64,000 bases of DNA from the human T2T-CHM13v2.0 reference genome, Homo sapiens. Of the stretch, positions 28,351 to 43,116 are shown piece by piece; the first letter of the stretch is position 1; each line of letters opens with the position of its first letter. The notes beneath the pieces are model-generated. The model was not told where the DNA came from. It saw only the letters and a list, made by a program, of their open reading frames with translations, and did no database searches. A program made the translations under genes and the position numbers. The stretch is from assembly GCF_009914755.1 (NCBI RefSeq), contig NC_060932.1. One strand, given 5' to 3'.

Positions 28351-31212
28351 CCACACACACACACTGACACGCAAACACACACCACACCACACACACACAA
28401 CACCCCATACATTACCCCATACACACCTACACACGCTACACACCACACACACTATATACACTACCCCATACACATGTACACACACACCACACACACACCA
28501 TACACTACCCCACACACACGTACACACATCACACACCACACCCCATACACTACCCCATACACACCTACACACACACCACACACACACCCCATACACACCT
28601 ACACACACACCACACACAACACACACTATATACACTACCCCATACACATGTACACACACCCCACACACACCATATACTACCCCATACACACGTACACACA
28701 CCTACACACACCACACACTATATACACTACCCCATACACATGTACACACATACCACACACATAACACACCATACACTACCCCATACACACGTATACACAC
28801 ACATCACACACCACACCCCATACCCTACCCCATAGACACATACACACACACCACACATACACTATATACACTACCCCATACACACACACAACACACCATA
28901 CACTACCTCATACACACGTACACACATCTATACACACACTATACACGCCACACTCCATATGCTACCCCACACACACACAACACCCCATACACTACTCCAT
29001 ACACACCTACACACACACCACACACAAAACACACCATACACTACCCCATACACTGCTACACACACACCACACTCACACTATATACACTATCACATACACA
29101 CCTACACACACACAACACACCATACACTACCCCATACACATGTACACACACACCTATACACACACCACACCCCATATGCTTCCCCATACACACCTACACA
29201 CACACCACACACAACACCCCATAAACTACCCCATACACTCCTACACACACATCACACACACTACACACACACTATATACACTATCCCATACACACCTACA
29301 CACAAATACACTATACACTACCCCATATACACATACACACACACCTATACACACACCACACACACCATACCCCATACTCTACCCCATACACACTACACAC
29401 ACAACACCCCATACACTACCCCATACACTCCTACACACACACACCACATACACCACACACACCATACCCCATACACTACCCCAAACACACCTACACACAT
29501 ACACCTACATAAACACACCACGCAACACCCCATACACTACCTCACACACACCTACACATACCACACACAGCACCACATACATTACCTCACATACACACCA
29601 CAGGTACACCACACACCTACACACACACCCCACATATACATCACCCTACACACACTTACATACACACCATGTAACACCACACACATCCCATACACTACCC
29701 CACACACACCTGCACCCCATACATACCTACACATGCCATACACAATACCCCATACACTACCCCATACACACCTACACACACCACACACACCTATAAACAC
29801 CCCACCCCACACATAAACCACCCCACACACCTACCTACCATACAGATACCATACACACACACAACACCCCATATGCTACCTCACACACACCACCCCCCAC
29901 ACACCTACACACACATATTACACATACATAACACACAAACAGCCCATACACTACCGCAAACACACCTACACACACATCACCACACACAACACCCCATACA
30001 TTACCCTATACACACCTACACACAAAACACACACACAACACCCCACAAATACACCACCCCCACACACCTACACACACACCACACATAACACCCCATACAT
30101 TACCCTATACACACCTACACACACCCCTACACACACCACACACCTACACACACCACCCCACACATACACACACCACCCCACACACACCTATGTACACACC
30201 ATACACACACACAAAACACTCTATAAACTACCTCACACACACCCACACACACAACCACCCCCCACACACCTACACACAGTACACATACACACCACATGCA
30301 CAAGAGCCCATACGCACCTACACACAGCTATGCACACCTACACACACACCATCCTACACATACACCACCCCACACATACCTACATACACACACCACACAC
30401 AACACCCCATACACTACCTCATAAACAACTACACATTACCCCACACACACCCACACACAACACACACACCCCATAAGCTACCTCATACACACCTACACAC
30501 ACACCATCTCACACATACACACTACACACACAACACCCCATACACTACCTCACACACACCTACACACACACCACCATACACACACACCACCCCATATTAC
30601 TTCACACACACCCCTACACACACAAACCGCCCACCCACATGCTCCACACACCTCATGCACATCACACCTATGCACACCCTGTCCCACACACACCCGCACA
30701 CGTACATCACCCCACATCCACACACACGCTAACACATACCTACACAAACACCTACACACACTCCACCACCGACACACATACATTACCTCATACACTTACT
30801 ACATACCACACACAACCTACATACACCAGCACATATATTACACACACTGCCATGCACAAAACCACCACACACGCATCACAGGCACCCCATACACTATCTC
30901 ACACACACCCCACACACACCACCATACATCACATACACACACACCACCTCACACCACCACACACATGCATCACATATACACACACCACCACGAACACCCA
31001 CACATCACCGCCTACACATATCCACCATGCCCACACACACACACACACCACCTCACACACATCACATACACACACCACCACCACATACACACACACCACT
31101 GCCTATACATATCTACCGCCTCCACACACACACCCCACCTCTCTCACACACACACATCCTACCATGCATATGCCATGCGTACTTACACTCTCCACACACC
31201 AGGCACACACAC
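28351..31212 (+). repeat. ~2.9-kb CA-rich degenerate minisatellite / low-complexity block
   Basis: Almost only C and A with some T; G is rare. Recurrent motif catacactaccccatacacac and cctacacacac, with variable (CA) spacers. Confidence 0.95.
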
Positions 31213-34200
31213 GTGTTCCCGTCACACAATGACCCCTCTCCCGCTGTTCCTCACCGTGCACGGGGGTTACAGGAGCGTGCAGGCATGGGTGGGAGGGGAA
31301 TGCCCAGGGCACGTGCTCACAACCTGTTTTCTGAGCCGGAGTGATTGCAGTTGATGGCGAAGCCAGGGCGTGCTCAGGGAGCCCGGAGCCCCACCAGCGC
31401 CATCTCAAGAGCAGCACAGAGCAGGGGCGTCCGGCCAAGAGCCGCCCCACACCCCAGCCACTGGCAGAGCCTGCCTCACACACGGAAGGAGAAGCAGGCA
31501 GGTGGCTCCCTGGAAGATGTTATTTGGAGGGTACCAGAAAATACCTTCATCCAAAAAAATCTCACTTCAACCACAGCACCTGAAATACCACCATGAAAGA
31601 GGCTTTGGTTGTGGGAGGGGGCACTAAATTTTGTTCCCTCCTCGTCTTTTTCATAGCAATTTCTTCCTTGGACACAAAGGCAACCACAGATGAAGTCACC
31701 AACACCCTGCTCACACCTTAGTGCCAGCAAATCCTTCTACCGACTGACAAGAGCCTGAGGTCACTGGCGTTGACAGAGAGAGAGAGAGAGAGCAGATGAA
31801 AACAGAAGAGGGAAAATGTCGATCCCTCCAGCTCCGCCACCTGCGGAGAGGGAAGCTGCCTTCCTCCTGGCGGCCCCAAGCGCCGTGAGAGTCACTGGGT
31901 CACCTCTCTCCACCTCCTGACAGTCCACCTCTCCTCGTCTCCATAGCCCCCACTCTCTTGCACCCCACACCTGCTCCTTGGCCATCAGCTGAATTCTCCC
32001 TGAAAGGGGAGGTGTCGGAGGTGACAGAGCTGCAGCTAAAGCCCAATTTTCGTTGACACTCAGAGTCTCTGACAGCTGTTAGAAGAAGAATGTGATTTTG
32101 AAATTTAAATAACATGCTTCTGCATTCGGCTCAGGGAGACAACCTGAGGATAAGCAGTTTATCGCCCGAGCCACCATGAAGGGGGCAGGGAGAGCTGCTG
32201 CTGTTCTTCCAGTTCTTCCCTGCCCTCAGCCCCCTGTGCCCCCGCCTCATCACAGGGCGGCCTCGGAAGGGGGTCCCTGAGAGGCACCAGCCCGACCTGC
32301 TGAAACATTAAAGCCTCACCGTCTATTCTTTTGCTCAGCAGCCCAAGGAGAGCAGGGGGTGCCTGCACAAAGGCTGGGTCTCCTGCCTCCGGGCCTGGGG
32401 TGCACAGAGGGAGCCGACCCAGGGAAGGCAAGGGGCTTCCCTAGACACCGGCCGAGCAAAGCCGGGCCCAATCCTCCCACAGCCCCCACCAAGGCCACAG
32501 GGGTGTCTTCCTGGGAACTGACTTTTGAGCCCAGGGATAAGTCTCTCCCCACACCAAGGACAGACCAGCTCCTCCCTAGGGACCCGAGACCCCTAATCAG
32601 GCAGTCATCCTGAGCTCTGTCATGGAGAAGTCCTGGGCTGGAGCACCCCAGAGAGGCCACTGTCCTGTCTGCCACAATGATCCCTGTTCACCGTCCCCTG
32701 AGCCCCCAGGCTCAAAAGACTTGAGGTTCCTTCATCACCCCAGGCTTAGCCAGGCCTCCCAGCCATGATGCCACCAGGAACATCATTCCCACATCGCACT
32801 TCCTCCTCTTCCAAGACTTCCTCAATTTCCCCAGGCATTGCTGGTTGCTGCCTCCCCTGAACTCTTGGGGCAGCACTTGGTCTACATTGCTACTGAAAAC
32901 AAGCCACTTAGGGAGTGCCTAAATGAGTATCTGCCTGTTGCACCACACAGTGAGGACACAGGTCTGATTCTCTTACAGCAGTGGTTGACCGTCTCCGGAA
33001 CACACAGAGCACTCATTATTTACTGAACAAAACATGTTCCTCCGAAGTCTGGCCCCAGCCCCGCCCCAGCCCCGCCCCAGCACCGCCCCTGCCCTGCCCC
33101 TTCCATGATCAATTCCTGCACACCACAGCCAGGATCCACCCCTTCTCAATGCCCCAGATACTCCTAAGATGTCACACACATGTGACACCTCACAATTGCT
33201 TAGCACCTCCTGCAAAGCCATCAGCTCCCTCCAGTCAGCGAACGGTGATACCCTTCACCAGCACCTAGGGTGCTCCTGTGCCCTGGCACGCTGCATGCCA
33301 GTGCTTGCAGGGCAGCTGGACTGCTCCACCTTACAGATAAGAAACATGAGGTTCAGGGGGTCTAGTGACCCTGAGCTCCCACAGTAGGGTAAGGCCAGGA
33401 TTCAAAACGAGGACTAGCCGGCCTCAAAGTTCACATTCCAGCCGTGATGCCAGGATCCTCGGGGGCCATGTATTAGATACAAAGCACAGTGTCACACACA
33501 CGCAGAGGGTGATGGCCACACAGGACACAGAGACCAACACGTACAATCGCACACATGCCCCCAACACGTGGCAGTGAGCACCATGATAAAGGACAAAGTG
33601 CTGTGGCACCAGGGGCCGGTGGTGGTTACCTCTCAGAGGCCGTATGCAAGGCTTCTTGGCAAGGGGTAGCGTTTGAGTGCTAGTTCCCTCCTCTCCTGAG
33701 CCCATCCTCCAAGAAGGACCACAGGAGCATCCAATGAGAACATCATTGGCCCTCTCCAGGCTCCAACCAAGCAAGATGGCCCACCCCAGATGCATGCTGG
33801 CCAACCACGGTAGACAATGCCATCTCTTCTACCTTCAGTTCACAAAGGCCACTGAGGCCAGGCCGCTCACCAGCCTCTATCTGTCCCTGTCACAGCATAG
33901 TACATGATGGCCGTCCCCACCCAAGACTCCCTCTGAGCTTCAGGGACCCACGGCTCTCTGGAAATCACCTGATCACCTCTACTCCAGTCACCACCAAGCA
34001 CTGTCCCAGCGTGAAAGGTGGCCTCGAATCAGCAAAGGCACACACAGTTTCTAGAATGCCGGGTTCTAGGCTGGCCCAGCCACAACCTGCCATCGAACCT
34101 TGGAGAAATCAGTCCATACGAATGTTTTAAAAGCTAACCTGGCTTAGTGCAGCATGCCAGGCTCAGGCCAAGCACTCACCTGCACTATCTCATTTAGTCT

Positions 34201-36114
34201 TAACAAAAATCCTCAGAGGTAGGTGTTGCCATTGGCTCCAGGCTGGGGGAGAGGACAGGATTGGGGCTTAGAGGAGAAGCGCTTCAGAGGTGGGACGGGG
34301 ATTGGAATCCCATCAACATGTGTGCCTTCCCTCTGGGCCTCAGTTTCCCCTTCTGTCAGGTGAAGGAGTGGGCCTCCATGATCCCTAAGTTCCCTTCCAG
34401 CTTCAGAAAGGATGCCCCATGCCCAAGCCTCTAGCCACACTTGCACGGCATGGCCAGACCCCAGAGCCCCTGCCCCTCACCCAGGATGCAGACACAGTGC
34501 CTGATGACAGCCAAGGCCATCTGCCCACCACTTCTCCCTGTCCTTTAGGCATGGGCCCAGTGGCGGTGAGGATGCCTCTGCCCAACCCGCCCAGTCCTCT
34601 TCATCACCACTTTGATGTCCACCCACTTCTCTCTAGCCCCACAAGTCCACACCCCTGCTGGCTCCACACCACCCTTCCAGGTCCTCCTTCCCTCCGCAAT
34701 CTCTCTTCCCCACCTTGGTTCCACCCTCTCCTGCCTCCCCAGGTGAAACCAGCTGGGATTCGGCATTCACAGGGTCATGGAGCCTGGGGATGAGGAGGAT
34801 GCTCCACTTCAGCTCCTCAACCCCTGCATCCACCTAAACAACCTCCTGCCTCCACTGAGCACCCCAGGCAGACAGAGGATGACCCACTGCGCCAAGGCTG
34901 GCTCAGTCCCTGATGCGCCGTGGGCACTGTGCCAACATCCATTCCCACCGAACCCTCTTAGGGCATCACATGTCCATCTTACACACATAGGCACCACAGC
35001 TCAAAAAGGCCACAGTGAGCCCCAAGATCACACACCCCTAAAAAGCCGAGTCAGGATTTGAACCCAGGACCATCTGGCTCAAGGCCCGCGCTCTTCCAGG
35101 CACCTCCCTAAATACCGTCTCACACTTTCAAGGGCAGTTTGAATTGCTAGAAACAGGACAAAACTCACTTCCTCTCCATGAAATCTCTTCCCACATAGAA
35201 GGGGAGGGAAGGATATGTGGACACGTCCAACATCACTGTCGCTGTGACTCAGGACACAGCCACACTGCTCCCTCCTTCGCCCTGGACTCAGGACTCATTG
35301 ACCCACTGCTGAGCCCAGGGCCTGTCAGGCAGCACTGGGCAGAGAGGAGGGAAGAAGCTGCCCTTCCCCAAGGCTTCTGGACATTGGAGGGTGTTGCAGG
35401 AATCCTGGCAGCTTCTTTGCAACAGAATCCCAGTACGACTTTCCGAGAACCCCAACAGAAAGAGATGAAGAAGAATACACGTTCCAGGAGGCCCCTATAA
35501 CAGGGCCCTGAATTCTCAGACAGGAGCTGGTAAACAGATAGTAGCAACTGAGTCCCAAAGACACAGGAGCATCCTCCCTGGTGTCCCACCTGGAGGTAGT
35601 ACAACCCAGAAGCAGCCACCAAGACTCCATGCCTCCCTCCCTACCCACAGTCTTTCCCCACAGAGAAGTGAAGGGGGCAGCACGCAGGCAATATGAGTTG
35701 GGTGGGGAGGGGCTTCCCACGGGATTTCATGCAGTCCTATGGGGTGGCAGCCTTTTAATGCCAAAGCTCTAGTGCAGGTCTTGGGATACTCACAACAAGA
35801 CTTTGCAGCCAGCGTGCGACACACAGGTGGGGGATACATGTGCCCGGATATTGACAAGCAGGAGGCTCGTGATGGCCTGAGCATTAAGCTGGTCTGCTCA
35901 CCCTGCCGCATCACCATTTTCTGTGTGCCTTGATGGGACAAAGGTTGGGAAGCACTGCTCCAAGCTCATGTCCTCATTCAGACAGAAGATCTGGCACATG
36001 AAATGAGCCTACCCAAGATCCTACAGGTGATCTGTGGTGGGGACTGCATTGGAACCGCCTCCCAGCTCCTGTTCTCACCTTCTTTCTGCTGAGCTCCTCA
36101 CCATGGCCAGTTTG

Positions 36115-36298
36115 GTTTCTTTTCTTTGTTTTGGGAGGTTTTTTTGAGACAGGGTCTCACTCTTATCGACCAGGCTGGAGTGCAGTGGTGTCATTATGGC
36201 TCACTGCAGCTTCGAACCCTTGGGCTCAAGCAATCCTCCCACCTTGGCCTCCAAAAGTGCTGAAATTACAGGCAAGCGTGAGCCACTGTGCCCAGCCC
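36115..36298 (-). mobile_element. Monomeric Alu-family element (FRAM/FAM-like or recombined dimer)
   Basis: Single monomer with the right-arm insert, flanked by ccag(t/c)ttggtttct direct repeats. Confidence 0.85.
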
Positions 36299-37615
36299 CA
36301 GCTTGGTTTCTTGGTAGCAGGGCCGGGGCCTCCCTACTCAACTATGTGCCCAAGTCTCCCCAGACACAGCTGCCTACTCACCTAACCCTAACGCTTCTCT
36401 GGGTGGAGCAGAGTCAACAGAGGCAATGAGGAGGGACCGGCACAGTCCCCAAAGCCCAGCCCTCATGGCAGGGAGTGGTCCCTGGAGCACAGAAACCCAG
36501 AGTTTGCGTGGGGCCCAGTTATCTCTGGGCAGCAGGTAAAAGGGGGCTGATTCGGTGAGCTGCAGACCTAGTAACTTCCTCATTTGTCTTGTCAACATCC
36601 TGTCCCACAGAGTGTCAAGTCCATTAGGTAAAGATTTTCTGCTAGGAAGATACTTAAGCATGAGTCCAGGGAGCAGAAGGGGCTTGGGCTAAGGCGAGGA
36701 ACTCTACGCTTCAACATCCAGGAGCAAGTCAAAGCTATTTATTACTGGAGGGCAGCCCAGTGTCACCTGTGCACGCAGTAGTAATCTGCCGGTACCTGAG
36801 CTTCACACAGAGTAGAATGTGGGTGCATCTGGCGGCCACCAGGGTGTGCCCACCATAGCATCCACAGGCCAATGGCATCCTCAACCTGCTTCTGAGCCCC
36901 AGAGCACTGTCTCAGAAGGAATGGTCCCAAGTGGATTTCTATGCAAAACTCATCAGGAAATGTGAGAATCAGAATGCCTGTGCGGGAAGGACTCTCAGCC
37001 CCATCCAGTCCAGCCCTTGGCCAAGACTTACCGTAGAGCTGCCATGGTGCCCACAGGCAGTGCCAGCATGGGAGCTGCTCTGAGCTCAGAGCCTCTGTAT
37101 GACCCCACTGGGGGTTATGATGCTGACAGCCCAGCGCAAGGTGCTCAACACAGCTGACTTTGAGGTCTCCGCTCCATTCACCACCACCCCAACCACCGCC
37201 AGTGCCCAAGGCCACACCCAGATGGCCACCCACTGGCCAGTGCCTCCCTTCCTGGGCATCCAAGATTTCTCCCACTAGGGACACGTGTATCATCCCTGTT
37301 TCAATCTCCTAGAGCGTGCTTTCTCCACGGGAAGGACGGGCGTCACCTCAAGGGAGCAAAAGCTGGTTCTTGGGTGGACAAAAAGAGAAAGAAAAAGGAG
37401 ATCTTACAATGGTTTATGGTCCTCCAAAACTCAAACCTTCAAGACAAAATGTTATTCCTTGGTATTTAATTTCTCTAGTTAGGAAGAATTATTTTTTCTC
37501 CTTGGAAAACAATAATGGAAAAAAAAAGAATGGTTGAGAAACATGGTCCTAGAGAGTTCTTTATTTGAAAGGGCTTAGGGTCTCACTGGAAATGCTTTCA
37601 GCTCACAGTTTACAG

Positions 37616-37825
37616 CAGTGCTTCTCAACTGGCAGTGACTGTGCCCCCCAGGGGACATCTGGCCCTGTCTGGGGACATCTTTGTTGTCACAGCTTGCAAG
37701 AGCGCGGCTGGCATCCAGTGGGGCCGGGGACATTGCTGAACATCCTCAGACTCACAGGACGGCTCCTCCCACAAGAAAGAATTAACCAGCCCAAAATGTC
37801 AATAGTGCTGCTGTTGAAAACCCCG
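37616..37825 (+). mobile_element. MER20 (hAT-Charlie MITE)
   Basis: cagtgcttctcaac..gccccccaggggacatctgg..tgtcacagc..gcatccagtgg..ccaaaatgtcaatagtgctg..ttgaaaaccc; terminal inverted repeats visible. Confidence 0.85.
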
Positions 37826-38796
37826 CTTTAGAGCCACAGAAACTCCAGAACATTTCAGACTGCCACAAAACTGCATGTAAACGAGATTTCCTGTGCTCAA
37901 AGATCCCTGAGAACAAGCCCCACTCTGGCCACCCCTGGAGCATCAATCTCCAGCAATCCCCTAGAGGAGCTCACCCCCCACCCCCACAGAGCACTCCCAA
38001 GACCAGAACCCCCTCCCCAGTGCCCAGGCAGGGTGGGCTGCCCTGGGCCCAGTGTCTCCCAGATGCCAGAGAGAACAAAGCCGAGAAGAAAGACCCCCAG
38101 AGCTTTACCTGGTGCCTACATGTGGAGCCTGGCAGACAAAGCTAGAACCCAATGGAGACGGTATCACTCCCCAGGGAGGATGGCACAGGGGGTGGCCTGA
38201 GGACCAGAGTGGCTCCTGCAGACACCTCCCTTCATGTGGTTCAAGAAGAGCCCTCAAGAGAGAGGGAAAACCCAGGGCAGAACAGATCTTATAGGACCAG
38301 TAATAACAAGCCACAGCTGATGCTGACTGATGCGGCGTGCTGAGCACTTTACCACCCACTGACCCACTTAGACCTCGCAGCAATCCAATGAGGTCGGTAC
38401 GGTACTCCCCCATCACAGCTGAGGAAACTGAGGCCCAGACAGGTTAAGCAACTTGACAAAGTGGAAGAGCTCCAAAGCAGGAGAGCCAGGGAACTGGAAA
38501 GAGGGAACAAGGCTAAGATAGAAGGGTGACACCAGGTTCCAGATTCAAGCCCTACTCCATGACAGCCACCTGGCCAGGCAATTTCCACCAACGCCTTGCT
38601 CCATAGAAGCACCCAGGGAGGTGGGCATCGTGTTCTTTACAGAGGAGGAACTGAGGCTCAGAACCGTTGAGGGACGAGCTGATGGGCAGCAGGGCCATCA
38701 TCGGACGCCAGGATGCCTGTCCAAGCCCAGAGCTCCATCTGCCATGCCACAGGGACGAGAGGAGAACGGGCCAAGTCCCAGTGCGAGCTCACTTAC

Positions 38797-38880
38797 CTGA
38801 GAAGATTGAAGCAAGCCTGAAGATGTCCGAGAGGCGGGAGGTCACCGGCTCATAGGGGGAGGCTTCGTAGAACTCCTCAC
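38797..38880 (-). CDS. GFRA2: GFRA2 coding exon 3 (linker), 84 nt, phase 1-1
   Basis: Not in the ORF track; read by hand. Acceptor TGTCTTCCAG|GT, donor TCAG|GTAAGT; translates (G)EEFYEASPYEPVTSRLSDIFRLASIFS, in frame with exons 2 and 4. Confidence 0.95.
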
Positions 38881-39811
38881 CTGGAAGACAGAACAGGCAT
38901 CAGATGCGGGCTCCTCCGGGCCAGAGCGCTGCCGGCACTTAGCAAATCTGCCGGAGGAAAGCTCTCTACCAGGGGAAAGCTCGTGCCACCCAAAGGATAA
39001 GAGACAGGGCAGCCCTTCCCAAAGTGAAGAGTGCAGGACCAGGGCACATTAGCAACGAAATGTTTAGCATTTCATCTGGGCAGGTCTGTCTCCCCAACTA
39101 GAGGAGAAGCTCCCTGACAGCAGCTCAGAACTGCCTGACGCTTCTCTCTCGTGACCACCCTGCATGGCCAGCCCCCTTGGAAGGACTTGCAGGTGCATCT
39201 GGGGGAAGTGGAGCAATGCTGGCCCACGTAAGGCCAGGTATCAATTGCAGGATTTGAAGCCAGAATGCTCTCCACAATCATGCCTCATTTCACAAGAGAG
39301 GGCTCTGAGGTGGCCCGGAGAGGTGAAGAAACCTGCCTGAGATCACACAGCTACTCCTGGAAGGGCCAGAGTTAGACTCTGCTGTCCTGGCCCTCCCACC
39401 AGCACCCTTTCCCATCACACCACGCCAGCTCCGCCCAGGTCACTGAGGAGGACAGAATTTCCTCTTTGCCCCCCATCGTGTCACCAGGAGAATCTTGCTG
39501 GAGGGGCTGAAGGTCTGCTCAGTGGGTGGGCTGATCCCCAGCTTCCATCTGCGTGGTCCCTCTCCTGCAGGGCCCTCCTGTTCTCCCCACCACCTGCAGG
39601 CTCCTTGGACCTTTCCTCGAGGCTTTGGGTGCCTTGGGGGCTCAGGAATGGAAAAGCAAGTGAATAACAGGAGATGGATGGCCCAGGGCTCCCCCAAAGA
39701 CCCCACCACAGTGTCAGGAATCCCACCCTCCTCTGCTGAGGCCTCAGCGGGAAAGGAAATAGTCTCTTGAGACGTTATTGGTGAGGGGAAATTGATGGCT
39801 CACCACTCATC

Positions 39812-39814
<3 letters not shown>

Positions 39815-39868
<54 letters not shown>
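39815..39868 (+). repeat. (TG)27 microsatellite
   Basis: Direct read. Confidence 0.95.
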
Positions 39869-39873
<5 letters not shown>

Positions 39874-40277
39874 AGTGAAAAGCAGGGCACAGCCTCACAG
39901 ACTCATTTCCCATCCAGGCAGGGCCTGGTGCCCAGGCAGGCACCCTCTGCCTAAGAGAGAGCACAGGTGGGGCAGCCTCTTCAGGGTTACCTGCAGCAAG
40001 GTATCATGGGCCTGGAAGAGGGGCTTTGCAACCCCACTGCATGTGGTCACCCAGAGGCTGGAACTGGAGACTCAACTAGCCCCCTGCAGGCTCACCGAGC
40101 AAGGAGGCTGCCTGTTATTTCCGGCAGACCCCCAAGAAATGGGGCAGCCCCAGAGGACAAGGAGGAAGCATATTCCCTGCATTAGGAACAGCCTCCACCT
40201 TTCACGTCACCTCCTAAAAGCAACCCTCATGCCCCGCAACACCCAGGACACACAGCAGGTGCCCAGCTGGAATTTGA

Positions 40278-40763
<486 letters not shown>

Positions 40764-40809
40764 TGAGGCCAAACAATATAGGAACTTAGGAAATCACTTT
40801 TACAATAAA

Positions 40810-41045
40810 AATAATGTTAGACTGCGTTTTCCAGGTGCCAGCACTGAAAGTGCTTTAGATATAGCTCATTTCATCCTCTTAACTACTCTATGAGATAGGC
40901 ACTATTTTTCTCCCTGTTTGACTGATAAGGAGGAACAAGGAGCACAGAGACATTAAGTAGCTTGACCAAGGTCACACAGCTAACAAGCGACAGAGCCAGG
41001 GTTCACACCCAGGCAAAGCCCAAGTGCTTCACTGCTGTGAATACT
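40810..41045 (-). mobile_element. MIR
   Basis: ctcatttcatcctcttaac..gagataggcactatt..gcacagagacattaagtagcttgaccaaggtcacacagcta..agccagggttcacacccaggc. Confidence 0.75.
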
Positions 41046-42437
41046 GTCTCCCAAAATGCAGAGTGTTATCGGAACCAAGTCATTCCTAAATAAGTACTGT
41101 TGTTCCCCTTTTCCCAAGATCAGTCTTCTGTCCGCCAGATGGTGCCCCGGGGTGGTGGGGGGGCCTGTCCTTCCCTACTGCATCTAGCGCAGCCATGGGC
41201 CTAGGTATAGCTAGGCCAGTCTGATTAATGGGGTGGGGGTGGCAGGGTGGGGACAGCCTCTTCCGGAACTGATTTGGAGGGGCCCAGCCTCTTTAAGTCA
41301 ACTTGTGTAGCCTGTTTCTGCCACAGAATTCACCAGTGAGAAATCCCGAGGTGTGAGCCACTGAAACCAGAGCCAGAATGTCAGATTCTGGGAATGGAAG
41401 AAGGCTTTGCTCTTCACCTTCGGACCAAAGAACACTGAATTTCAGTGTCACCTTTGCAGAAGGCAAGAAACCTGGTCTCAAAGCCCCCATGCAGCCAAGA
41501 GTGGCAGCCCCCTGTGTAAAAACTGGTGGTGGTAATGGCAGTGAGGAAAACGGGGCCCAGGCCGTGGGATCGCCCCCAAGACAGTGAAAAGGGACCTGGA
41601 TAAGGAGTCGGGGCCCTGGGACCCACTCTGGGTCCTGCCACGAGCTTGCTGTGTGCCCTGGGAGGCCATCTCACACATCTATGCCTCAGTTTCCCTGCCA
41701 GATGGTAGGGGTGAGCCCGAATGATTGCCAGATCCTCTGCAGTTCAGACTCTAGAAGCTCAGCAGCCATGTCTTGCGGTCACATTCCCACCCCAGCCCTC
41801 TCTCCATCCTCCCCACTGCCGCCACGGGCTCTTTGCACCTGCTGTGCGCCTTGACTGCATACTGAGAGCTAAGTCCCAGGAAGGCGGAGCACAGCCCCAT
41901 GGTAAATCACGCCCACCAGCAGGGGCCAAGGAGAGGCTGAGAATCGGAAGGAAAATCCAATCCTACACACATCGCTCCTCTCAGCGATTCTTGCCCTCTC
42001 CGCAGCCCCAGGCCTGCATCAGGTTATTAAATGTTATCAAGGAACAGGGAGGAAGGACTCGCAGCCTCCCTCAGGGAGACTGCTCAACAGGCCATGGACG
42101 CTTACCTCTCAGGTAGACCCCGCCACTCACAAGAACACTACCTGGAGGCCTCCTGGCTTCCCCTGGTCAGCCCTGGGCAGAAACTACCTCTGGGCTCCCA
42201 AGACCCAGGAGAAGGTAGAATTCCCCTACAGAGAAAAGATGCAGTCTTCTATGGAAGGAAAAAAGTAAGGGTGTATTTTCTAGGCAGGGCCCAGAGGAAA
42301 GGTCTCCCGACCTGTCTGCTGGCCAGCACAGGGAACACAGTTCCTACAGTGCTGTTACCTTCTGAGGCACACAGTAGTTGCTTAACAAATGGTTGTTGAA
42401 TAAATGAATGAATAAACCATCTCAAGACTTAGAACCA

Positions 42438-43116
<679 letters not shown>

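Noticed and set aside
28203-31354. Long His/Thr/Pro/Tyr-rich and Val/Cys/Gly-rich ORFs (up to 285 aa)
   Set aside because: Translations of the CA-rich repeat; stop codons are scarce for compositional reasons.
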